The translations under genes were made by a program, and so were the position numbers. Shown one piece after another: positions 30,386 through 38,715 of a stretch of DNA of 64,000 nt. Numbering within the stretch: position 1 is the first letter of the stretch; each line of letters opens with the position of its first letter. The notes under the pieces are model-generated. The model did no database searches and was not told the origin of the DNA. It worked only from the letters and a program-made list of their open reading frames with translations. Source of the stretch: Candidatus Entotheonellaceae bacterium (lineage in GTDB: Bacteria > Tectomicrobia > Entotheonellia > Entotheonellales > Entotheonellaceae); NCBI GenBank assembly GCA_965238075.1, contig OZ250173.1, positions 3,264,001 to 3,328,000 of the forward strand, read 5' to 3'.

Positions 30386-31705
30386 ATGACCCGGGACGCC
30401 GGGGCGGTTCCAGCAACCGAGCGGCTGCCGCGCGAGACGCTGGCCGCGCTTCAAGGCGAGCGCCTGACACGGCTGCTCGGCTATATCCACGCACGGAACC
30501 GGTTCTACACCCGCAAACTGACGGATGCGGGCATCGATCCCGCGCAGCTTGTCCTGCCGCGTGATCTCGCCGCGCTGCCCTTCACCACCAAGGCGGAGCT
30601 GGTGGCCGATCAGGCCCAGGCGCCGCCGTGGGGCACCGTGCTTACCGAGCCGCTCGTGCGCTACACCCGTTACAACCAGACCTCGTCCACGACCGGCCGA
30701 CCGCTGCGCTGGCTCGACACGACGGAGAGCTGGCAATGGATGCTCGACTGCTGGCAGGCGGTCTACCGCGGCGCCGGCGTCGGCGCCGACGACCGCATCA
30801 TCTTCCCGTTCTCGTTCGGACCGTTCCTCGGATTCTGGACGGCGTTCGACGCGGCCACCCAGCTCGGGGCGCACGCCATTCCGGCCGGCGGGATGACGAG
30901 CCACCAGCGACTCGCCCTGATTAGGTCGCTGGCGCCCACCGTGGTCTGCTGCACGCCGACCTACGCGCTGCGGCTGCTCGACGTGGCGCGCGAGGCGGAT
31001 GGCGTCGACAACGCGCTGGCCGATACTGCCGTCCGCACCGTCATCGTCGCCGGCGAGCCGGGCGGCAGCATTCCGGCCACGCGCCAGCGGATCGAGCGCG
31101 GCTGGGGGGCGCGGGTCATCGACCACCACGGGTTGACCGAGGTCGGCCCCATCAGTTTCGAGTGCCGGGAGGCCCCGGGGTTCCTGCACGTCAACGAACG
31201 CGAGTACATCGCCGAGATGCTCGACCCGGAGTCGGGACAGCCGGCGGCGGACGACAGCCGCGGCGAGCTGGTCATCACGAACCTCGGGCGCACCGCCAGC
31301 CCGTTGATCCGCTACCGTACGGGCGATCTGGTCGTCGCGACGCACGAGCCGTGCGCCTGCGGGCGTACGTTCGTGCGCCTCGTGGGCGGCATTGTGGCGC
31401 GCGCCGACGACATGGTCAACATCCGCGGGACGAACGTCTATCCGACTGCCGTCGAAGAGGTTCTGAGCGCAATCGACGCAGTAGTCGAGTACCGCTGCAC
31501 GGTGCGGACGGCAGCCTCGATGCGCGCGCTCGCCGTGGAGGTCGAGGTGGGCCGCGGCGCCGATGAGGCCGCGGTGACGGCGCTGGTGTCGCAAAACCTG
31601 CGGAAAGCGCTCGGCCTGAACGTCCAGGTCACGCCGGTCGCCGCCGGCACGCTGCCGCGCTTCGAGATGAAGGCGCGCCGATTTGTCGTGGAACGCAGTT
31701 CATAA
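30386..31705 (+). CDS. Phenylacetate-CoA ligase family protein
   Basis: LPFTTKAEL, QTSSTTGRP, AGEPGG, HGLTEVGP, PLIRYRTGD, RADDMVNIRGTNVYP. Confidence 0.88.
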   Translation: MTRDAGAVPATERLPRETLAALQGERLTRLLGYIHARNRFYTRKLTDAGIDPAQLVLPRDLAALPFTTKAELVADQAQAPPWGTVLTEPLVRYTRYNQTSSTTGRPLRWLDTTESWQWMLDCWQAVYRGAGVGADDRIIFPFSFGPFLGFWTAFDAATQLGAHAIPAGGMTSHQRLALIRSLAPTVVCCTPTYALRLLDVAREADGVDNALADTAVRTVIVAGEPGGSIPATRQRIERGWGARVIDHHGLTEVGPISFECREAPGFLHVNEREYIAEMLDPESGQPAADDSRGELVITNLGRTASPLIRYRTGDLVVATHEPCACGRTFVRLVGGIVARADDMVNIRGTNVYPTAVEEVLSAIDAVVEYRCTVRTAASMRALAVEVEVGRGADEAAVTALVSQNLRKALGLNVQVTPVAAGTLPRFEMKARRFVVERSS

Positions 31706-31709
31706 TCTG

Positions 31710-31933
31710 AAGCGTCGTAACATGCTGGGGCTCCGCGCGCCGGACAGGCAAACCCCGCCAGAACCTCGTAGCGGTCCTGGGCGTAGGCATGACGAAAACC
31801 GTGTGTGCCGTTCAGCCCGATGCTCTTGCGGGGACTCTGCCACAGGCCGTCACGGTAGTCTTTGTACGACAGCGACGACGGGATCAGCGAGCCCTTGCCC
31901 GCCACCGCCTTGGCATGGTCCAGGGCCTTGCGC
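31710..31933 (-). pseudogene. Tyrosine recombinase C-terminal fragment
   Basis: GSLIP...HGFRHAYAQDRYEVLAGFACP (HxxRH box); bounded by the ISKra4 end. Confidence 0.7.
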
Positions 31934-33348
31934 GGGAGCACCAAAAAGTGTGGGACAGTCAGGCAGCGCGTGGTTCAGCTTCAGCTGACCTGTCCCCGGC
32001 CTTCATTCCCGGGTACCACTGCTCGAACTTCTCCCTGAGCGTGCCGTCGAGGGTCCGCGTCCGGACTTGCAGCATGAGATGCGCCCCGCCTTTCGACCAC
32101 CGCATCTGCTGACGCTTGCCAAACCGTTTGCCGACAACCGTGTTGATGGCACTCTCCACAAACCGTGGAAACGCGCTCGCCGTAGCGCCGCCGTTCGGCA
32201 TAGTTGGGAATCAAGCCCGCGTTGCTGCGGATGTAGGTATCGAACTCGCCGGCAGCTTTCCTGAGTGCCTTCATGCCCGGGTAGTCGGTCTTGATGCCTT
32301 CCAGATCCAAGACGAGTTCCGTGATCGCACGACGGCCGTCGTGCAGATTCCCATTCCACAGGCCGCCTTTGATGCGGCGCAGAAGCCGATCCACGGCTTC
32401 CGCTTCATCCGAATTTGAGTGGCTCAGCCCTCTGACATACTGGCGCATGACGGTGATGCGCATGGTGATGTAGAACCAGTCGAGCAGGTGCTCGGACGCC
32501 GGGGCCATGTAACGCGCCATGTTCCTGACCGTGTCGCCGCCATCGGTCAGGTGACAGGCTGGTTTTCCTGCCATCCCTGCTCCTTCAGGACCTCGTGCAG
32601 CCGCCGCCGTGGCCGGGTGTCGTGGGACTGCACGAGACCGAGGTAACGGTTTGGCTTGTCCACGGGCATGGACTTGGCGACCATGACCTCGAAGTGCGTG
32701 TTCCTTGTCCCGCGAGCGCACATAGCCGCCATCGATTCCGACCGTGATGGAGTCTTCCGGCAGCGGCATGGCGGCCCGCTCCTGCGGGCACGTTTCGATG
32801 AAGAAGAACTGTTCATCTGCCAGTTCGCCTTCCATGCGTTTGGCCGCCATGTGAAGATGGTTACGCACGGTCTCGGCGCTCAGGCCCTCGCCGATGGGCA
32901 GGACATCCTTGAGAAGATGGGTCGCGGCGCCGAACGAGACCAGCGAGGCCCACCTGGTTTCCAGCCACAGCAGTTCCGGTGCCGTGTGGTCCGGAGGCAA
33001 GTCGTTCAGAGGGCTGAAGGTGTTTGGGCGACGGCCGTCGCAGGCACATTGGCAATACCGCGGGCTTGTGACTGAGATATCACCGAAGACCATGCGGTAA
33101 CGGATGGCGCGGCTGCCCTTTTTGCGCAGCCGCAGACCGCAGCCAGGACAGACCGACTTCGAGGCGCAGTATGCCTCCGCCTGGGCCGTAACGATCTCGT
33201 GTTGCAGGGACTTCAGCAGTGCTTTGCCTTCGGCGATTGACAGGCCGGTCTCTTCGTGCCGATCATGTCCCTTGTCGAGAATGATGACCTCGCGCTCCCG
33301 TATCTCACCGTCCGGGGTTGTCACGCGTAGGGTGATCTCGAATTTCAT
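31934..33348 (-). mobile_element. ISKra4-family transposase, frameshifted, with right end
   Basis: CPGCG zinc motif, VGIDGGYVR, TDGG, LDWFYITMR, FVESAINTVVGKRFGKRQQMRWS; true reading frame switches at least three times; end GGGAGCACCAAAAAGTGTGGG. Confidence 0.85.
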
Positions 33349-33561
33349 GGCTGTCCTCCCCAGGCAAGGGGTTTTCCAGAATCCGGGGAGAGGAAAATCC
33401 GCGTTTCACTGGATGGCGTTTTCTGCCATGCCATGGCGTCGGATTGCCCTCTTCGGTCCTCATCTTTGTTTTCGGCCTTTGAGTAGTAATGGAACAGAAA
33501 ACTGTGTTAAGCCTTGCTGAGTTGACGGCCGGCGTCTTTCGGTGAGCCAGTGTCGTTGGCG

Positions 33562-33693
33562 TCATTGAGCTCGGGGAATGAGATGGCGAGAGCGCATGAA
33601 ATGATAGAGCGTTGAGCGATCTACCCCGGTGATCTTGGCAATCAACGCCTTTGAGACCTTGAGGTCCAGGAGCCTTTGAATTTCGTCTTCCTT
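33562..33693 (-). pseudogene. Serine resolvase C-terminal HTH fragment
   Basis: KEDEIQRLLDLKVSKALIAKITGVDRSTLYHFMRSR; lies upstream of the ISKra4 transposase and abuts leader copy 2. Confidence 0.65.
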
Positions 33694-34158
33694 TGGTGGG
33701 TTTGTTCGTGGCGATGGTTACCCTGTTCAACGGTGTCGACGCGCGCGTCGACGCCTTGAACGACCGCATGGACCGCATGCAGGCTGAAACCAACCTGGGC
33801 TTTGAAGCCGTCAATGCACGCTTCGACAAGGCTTTTGAGGCGATCATGAGTTTTGACCGCCGGGTCTCCCGCATTGAAGGGCGTCTCGATGCCCATAGCG
33901 CCGGGGCCGCCGAGTAGTCATGCGGTCCCGCTGGCGGATTGGCGACCGCGGCTCGCGGCCGTTTAGAACTCCCCAACTGGCTGCCAAAAGAGGGCTGATG
34001 ATACGGTTGACGTCCCACCGATTGCGGGCGAAATCGCCCCTTTCGCAACTCCCGGTGGGGCGTTCTGGAAGTCTCCGCGGTAAAATGGCGTAAGGCGAGC
34101 ATCCACGGGGGTTCCCGGTGATGCGAAAGTTTACATATAATCGTCTTATCGGAAGTTG
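33693..34158 (+). repeat. Leader/platform repeat, copy 2 (5'-truncated small ORF at 33693-33917)
   Basis: Paralogous to 24311-24766; the ORF ends EAIMSFDRRVSRIEGRLDAHSAGAAE. Confidence 0.92.
34128..34156 (-). other. dif/Xer-like site 3 (leader-proximal)
   Basis: Minus strand ACTTCCGATAA-GACGATT-ATATGTAAACT. Confidence 0.8.
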
Positions 34159-34217
34159 GATATTCCTAGGTGCCGTAGTGGATATAGACCTTATATCTGG
34201 AACTAAGTGAGGTATTG

Positions 34218-35035
34218 ATGACTGATTTTGCGACTGATGGGTTTTTGAGCGATGAGATATTACGATACGAGAGTCAGCACATCGATACTCTGACGAACTG
34301 GACCTGGCTAAAAGCGTCAATCGAGTTGCCCATACTGCAATCCGGTCGATACGGATCGATCGGACTCAATCAAGCGTGCTTCTTCTGGCATCTCTGCTGG
34401 TGCGTCAAGTAGAGACGTTCCAAGCCTTCTTAATCCTCATCGGAAAGGGTCTCATTCCTCAGTCTGCAATACTTCTGCGAAACATGGCAGAGTCGATGTT
34501 CATTGTGGGGGCTATCGGTAAAGATCAGACCTTTGCAGAAAGCTACATCCAGTCTGAGGATTTACCTCGCCTGAAGGTCCTCAGAAAATTAAGGGAAACC
34601 AGTCTGCGTAGGGGCAATGCACCAGATCCGGAACTGGATACCTCAATTGGAGAGCTTGAGAAAAAAACTGGGAAGGGAAAAATCTGGCAGACGATAGAAA
34701 TAGCCAAAGTTGCTGAGTTGACCGACTATTACGACACCCTGTATCGGTTTATGAGCATGACGGTACACACGTCGCCACGAAGCCTAAACGAAATACTTGT
34801 CGTAGGTTCAAATGGTGACGTCGAAGCATTGAACTACGCACCCAAGGTGGAGAATCTTGAGGTCCACCTTGCATGTGCAATAGACATGATGTCTTACACG
34901 CTACACGAAATAGCAACCCATTTCTCGCTTGACCCTGCGCGAATAGGGCTTGAAGAAGTGCACCAAAGACTTCGAACCCTCGACATCCCTTTTGCCATGG
35001 AGAAACACGGGCATAAACCTCACCGCCAAGGGTGA
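34218..35035 (+). pseudogene. Cassette A: DUF5677-like (HEPN-like) protein, one frameshift near 34275
   Basis: MTDFATDGFL..., then HRYSDELDLAK...ILLRNMAES...YDTLYRFMSMTVH; TGA inside site 4. Confidence 0.6.
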
Positions 35036-35057
35036 CATATAAGGGCTTATCGGAAGT
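35030..35057 (-). other. dif/Xer-like site 4
   Basis: Minus strand ACTTCCGATAA-GCCCTT-ATATGTCACCC. Confidence 0.8.
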
Positions 35058-35075
35058 TGGGGGAGGAGTATCTGA

Positions 35076-35772
35076 ATGAGTGATGGCAACTTGAATCCAG
35101 AAACGACCCTGCAACAGGCTTTGGATCGATCCCTGGTCATACAGGAACAGATCAACACGCTTTTGAATGACCCTGGGCTTTTCATTCCCTCTCTGCCAAC
35201 GAACAAGCAAACGCAGATCGCCTGTGGCTTGTTCGGCCTCACGATCGACCAAGCTTGGAGTGTTACCCTTGAACCTTGGAGTGTTACTCCAGAACGAACG
35301 ATATGGTGCAGCTTTGGCGCTGACACGCCCTGTTCTCGAAGCCTGCTGCAGGGGGAAATGGATCAGATACCATGCAAAAAAGAGAACCATTGAGACCTTC
35401 TCATCCAACAATTTTCCCGACACGCCCTCTCTCATCAAGAAGACAATGAGCCGTGTTGCTGGCCTTAACGGGGGAGCGGATGACTTTGTCTTAAATGTCT
35501 ACCGATGGCTAAGCGACTACACGCATGGCGGGGTTCGCATGCTCAGGATGCAACTGTCCGAGACCGGCGTCGCCTCAGAGTACAACTTGGAAGAAGTGAG
35601 AAAAGCTCTGATGGTATCAGACGTGATGCAGATACAAGCAGCTAGCGAATTGCTCGACTTCGCCCGGTGCAAAAACGACAACGACTGCCAATCATTGAGA
35701 GGAACACACAACCAGTGCAAGCGGTTTCAAGCTGATATGGAAAAAATACGCCATCTTCTGAAGTTGCTATAG
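35076..35772 (+). pseudogene. Cassette B: HEPN-like (DUF5677/DUF6988-like) protein, frameshifted near 35254-35290
   Basis: RBS GGAGGAG; ALALTRPVLEACCRGKW, YRWLSDYTHGG; TAG overlaps site 5. Confidence 0.6.
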
Positions 35773-35798
35773 ACGACATAAAACGGCTTATCAGAAGT
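35771..35798 (-). other. dif/Xer-like site 5
   Basis: Minus strand ACTTCTGATAA-GCCGTT-TTATGTCGTCT. Confidence 0.78.
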
Positions 35799-35851
35799 TA
35801 GGGGGATAACCCTCAGAACGCGAAGAATGTGACCAAAATAAGGAGAAGCCG

Positions 35852-37189
35852 ATGAGTGCAGCAGCAGAAAGCAACACAAGGAACGTTCTGGAAAAAATAA
35901 GTGAGGTAGTAAAACAATCAGCCGATGGCGACTACATCTTTCGTGGCGAACCTAAACACTATCCCAAAGTGTCATCGAGCCTTTACCGCCAGTACCCTGA
36001 GGTTGAGACGGAACATTTCGATATAGAGGTTGTCCAAAGAGAACTTTTGCAGGAGGCGAAAAGACATGCAGATGAACCCGACGACTTTGAAATCCTGACC
36101 CAACTCCAACATTATGGCGGCGACACAAACCTTATTGACTTTACGGCTGACTTTCTCATAGCTCTGTTCTTTGCCTGTGACAGGCACTTCGACATGGATG
36201 GCAGAGTGATCCTGCAGCGAAGGGAACCGATCGAAGATCAACTGAAGGAACCTCGTCACCCAAGAAATCGCGTCATCTCTCAGAGAAGCATATTCATTCA
36301 ACCGCCAAAGGGCTTCATTGAGCCAGACCATGTTGTCTTAATCCCAAAAGACCTTAAACAGCCCATTTTAAACCACTTGCGAAAGTACCATGGCTTATCC
36401 AATGCAACCATCTACAACGATCTTCATGGGTTTATCACCAATCAACGCAACCATAAGAGTGCTTATAGGGAGTTTTACAGAGGTCTTACCTGCCAGGAGA
36501 AAGGCAATCATGACAAAGCGACACATCATTACACCAAGGCCATTGAACTGAATCCGAACCTTGCTGCCGCCTACAACAACCGCGGTATTGCCTACGGGAA
36601 AAGAGGCGAGCTTGACCGAGCCATCGAAGATTGCACCAAGGCCATTCAACTGAATCCGAACCTTGCTGAGGCTTACAGCAACCGCGGTACTGCCTACCAG
36701 AATAAGGGCGAACTTGGCCGAGCCATCGAAGACTACACCAAGGCCACTGAACTGAATCCGAACCTTGCTGAGGCTTACAACAGCCGCGGCGCTGCCTACC
36801 AGAATAAAGGCGACCTTGGCCAAGCCATCGAAGACTACACCAAGGCCATTGAACTGAATCCAAATCATGCTGAGGCTTACAACAACCGCGGCGTTGCCTA
36901 CGGGAATAGAGGCGAGTTTGGCCCGGCCATCGAAGACTACAACAGGGCCATCGAACTGAATCCAAATTATGCTGAGGCTTATTACAACAGCGGCATTACT
37001 TTGTTATCGCGGGAAGAATGGGACAGGGCCAAATCAAAGTTATGTACTGCCGAGAACGAGGGAATAGATATCATCGCTGCGTTTCAGAGTGAGTACAAAA
37101 GTGTTACAGATTTCGAGAGTCAACATGGCGTGGATGTGCCCAAAGACATCACAGCAATGCTAACGCCAAGAGAGGGCGCGTCAGGTTGA
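35852..37189 (+). CDS. Cassette C: FRG-domain protein with TPR repeats
   Basis: YIFRGE, SSLYR, LQHYGGDTNLIDFT..LIALFFAC, RVISQRSIF; 34-aa TPRs; TGA inside site 6. Confidence 0.88.
   Translation: MSAAAESNTRNVLEKISEVVKQSADGDYIFRGEPKHYPKVSSSLYRQYPEVETEHFDIEVVQRELLQEAKRHADEPDDFEILTQLQHYGGDTNLIDFTADFLIALFFACDRHFDMDGRVILQRREPIEDQLKEPRHPRNRVISQRSIFIQPPKGFIEPDHVVLIPKDLKQPILNHLRKYHGLSNATIYNDLHGFITNQRNHKSAYREFYRGLTCQEKGNHDKATHHYTKAIELNPNLAAAYNNRGIAYGKRGELDRAIEDCTKAIQLNPNLAEAYSNRGTAYQNKGELGRAIEDYTKATELNPNLAEAYNSRGAAYQNKGDLGQAIEDYTKAIELNPNHAEAYNNRGVAYGNRGEFGPAIEDYNRAIELNPNYAEAYYNSGITLLSREEWDRAKSKLCTAENEGIDIIAAFQSEYKSVTDFESQHGVDVPKDITAMLTPREGASG
36533..36990 (+). repeat. 102-bp tandem repeats encoding TPRs
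   Basis: ACCAAGGCCATTGAACTGAATCC-like units at 36533, 36635, 36737, 36839 and 36941. Confidence 0.9.
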
Positions 37190-37212
37190 CATAACGCGGG
37201 GTTATCAGAAGA
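37184..37212 (-). other. dif/Xer-like site 6 (array-distal)
   Basis: Minus strand TCTTCTGATAA-CCCCGCG-TTATGTCAACC. Confidence 0.78.
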
Positions 37213-37392
37213 TGGGACGAGGTAGCTGCTGCTGGGATAACGGCTGATGAGATAAACACCGTACCTGTAAAGCTCCGCGAGCTTCTTCGTACACCACACC
37301 GTTACTGCTATACCCACCGCCTGTCTCCGCTATCCATCCCTCCCGTCTGAAAAATGCAGGCACCTACGCGCAAAGACTGATTGGCGTCTTCC

Positions 37393-38715
37393 TCAGTTGA
37401 ACACGTAGCGCGGCAGCCACGTCGACAGCTCCGGGAAGAAGGCGACGAGCATCAGCCCGATGATCTGGATAATCACAAACGGAATGATGCCGCGATAAAT
37501 CTGGCCGGTGGTGACTTGCCCCGGCGCCACGCCCCGGAAGTAGAACAGCGCGAACCCGAAGGGCGGCGTGAGGAAGGACGTCTGCAGGTTGATGCCCAGT
37601 AGGACGCCGTACCACAGCGGGTCGAAGCCCATGGCGCTCAGGATGGGCGCGATGACCGGCAGGTGGATGAAGGCGATTTCGATGTAATCCAGGAAGAACC
37701 CCAGCAGAAACACCACCCCCATGATGCAGGCGAAAATGGCCCAGTTGGGCAGGTCGAGCTGATTGACCATGTCGTGGATCAGGATGTCGCCGCCCAAGCC
37801 GCGGAATGTCAGGCCGAAGGCGGTGGCGCCCACCAGTATGATGAACACCATGCTGGTCAGGCGCGTGGTCGTTTCCATGACCTCCTTCAGCATTTTGAAG
37901 TTGAACCTGCCGCCGAGAATGCTGAGCAGAAGAGCTCCTGAGGCACCCATGGCCGCCGCCTCGGTGGGTGCCGCGATGCCGAAAAAAATGGAGCCGAGAA
38001 CGGCGACCATCAGGAACAGCGGCGGGACAAGTACCTTGCCGATGCGCCTCAGGAGTTCGCGGGAAGAAATCGCCGTGCGCTCTTCACGGGGAATCGGCGG
38101 TGCGACCTGTGGGCGGAAGAATGAAACGCCAAGAAGATACAGGATATACAGAGCCGCCAGGCTGACGCCGGGAATGAGAGCGCCGAGGAAGAGATCGCCA
38201 ACCGGCACGCCCAGGATGTCGCCCACCAGGACGAGGACGATGCTCGGCGGGATGATCTGGCCCAGGGTGCCGGAGGCGCAAATAACGCCTGACGCGAGCC
38301 CTTTGTCGTAGTTGCGCCGCAGCATGGTGGGCAGCGCGATCAGGCCCATGGTGGTGACGGTAGCGCCGACGATGCCGGTGGACGCTGCCAGAAGCGTGCC
38401 CACGATGACTACCGAAATGGCCAGCCCGCCCGGCAGCCGCCCCAGAACCAGGCCCATGGTTTCCAGCAAGTCTTCCGCCAACCTGGAACGCTCCAGCGTC
38501 GCACCCATGAAGACGAAAAGCGTGACCGCAATGAGGGTGAAATTGGTCATGATGCCCCAGATGCGCAGGGGCAGCAGGTTGAAGAAGTCCAGCCCGAAGC
38601 CGTACAGCCCGAAGGCCAACGCCGTGCCGCCGATGGTGAAGGCGATCGGGTAACCCGCCAGAATCAAAACGCTGAACACCACGAACATCAGCGCCGGAAG
38701 CAGGTCGGTTATCAC
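37393..38715 (-). CDS. dctM: TRAP transporter large permease
   Basis: ASTGIVGATV, SGTLGQIIPPSIVL, NLQTSFLTPPFGFALFY. Confidence 0.94.
   Translation of the reverse strand: MITDLLPALMFVVFSVLILAGYPIAFTIGGTALAFGLYGFGLDFFNLLPLRIWGIMTNFTLIAVTLFVFMGATLERSRLAEDLLETMGLVLGRLPGGLAISVVIVGTLLAASTGIVGATVTTMGLIALPTMLRRNYDKGLASGVICASGTLGQIIPPSIVLVLVGDILGVPVGDLFLGALIPGVSLAALYILYLLGVSFFRPQVAPPIPREERTAISSRELLRRIGKVLVPPLFLMVAVLGSIFFGIAAPTEAAAMGASGALLLSILGGRFNFKMLKEVMETTTRLTSMVFIILVGATAFGLTFRGLGGDILIHDMVNQLDLPNWAIFACIMGVVFLLGFFLDYIEIAFIHLPVIAPILSAMGFDPLWYGVLLGINLQTSFLTPPFGFALFYFRGVAPGQVTTGQIYRGIIPFVIIQIIGLMLVAFFPELSTWLPRYVFN

Noticed and set aside
29222-31594. Long antisense ORFs (790 aa here; also 15522-17219 and 17288-19000)
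   Set aside because: Shadow ORFs opposite well-supported genes in high-GC DNA, with no motifs.
24737-37212. Classical integron (attC sites): GTTRRR follows five of the six sites
   Set aside because: No RYYYAAC inverse core or 55-140 bp attC hairpin upstream of the GTT, and no intI in the window; the 11-6/7-11 dif layout fits better.
24737-37212. CRISPR array or transcription-factor boxes as the explanation for the repeats
   Set aside because: Intervals are 0.3-1.4 kb genes, the repeat centre is variable and there are no cas genes. A TF box would not explain stop codons inside the sites or the asymmetric dif-like arms, though it is not formally excluded.
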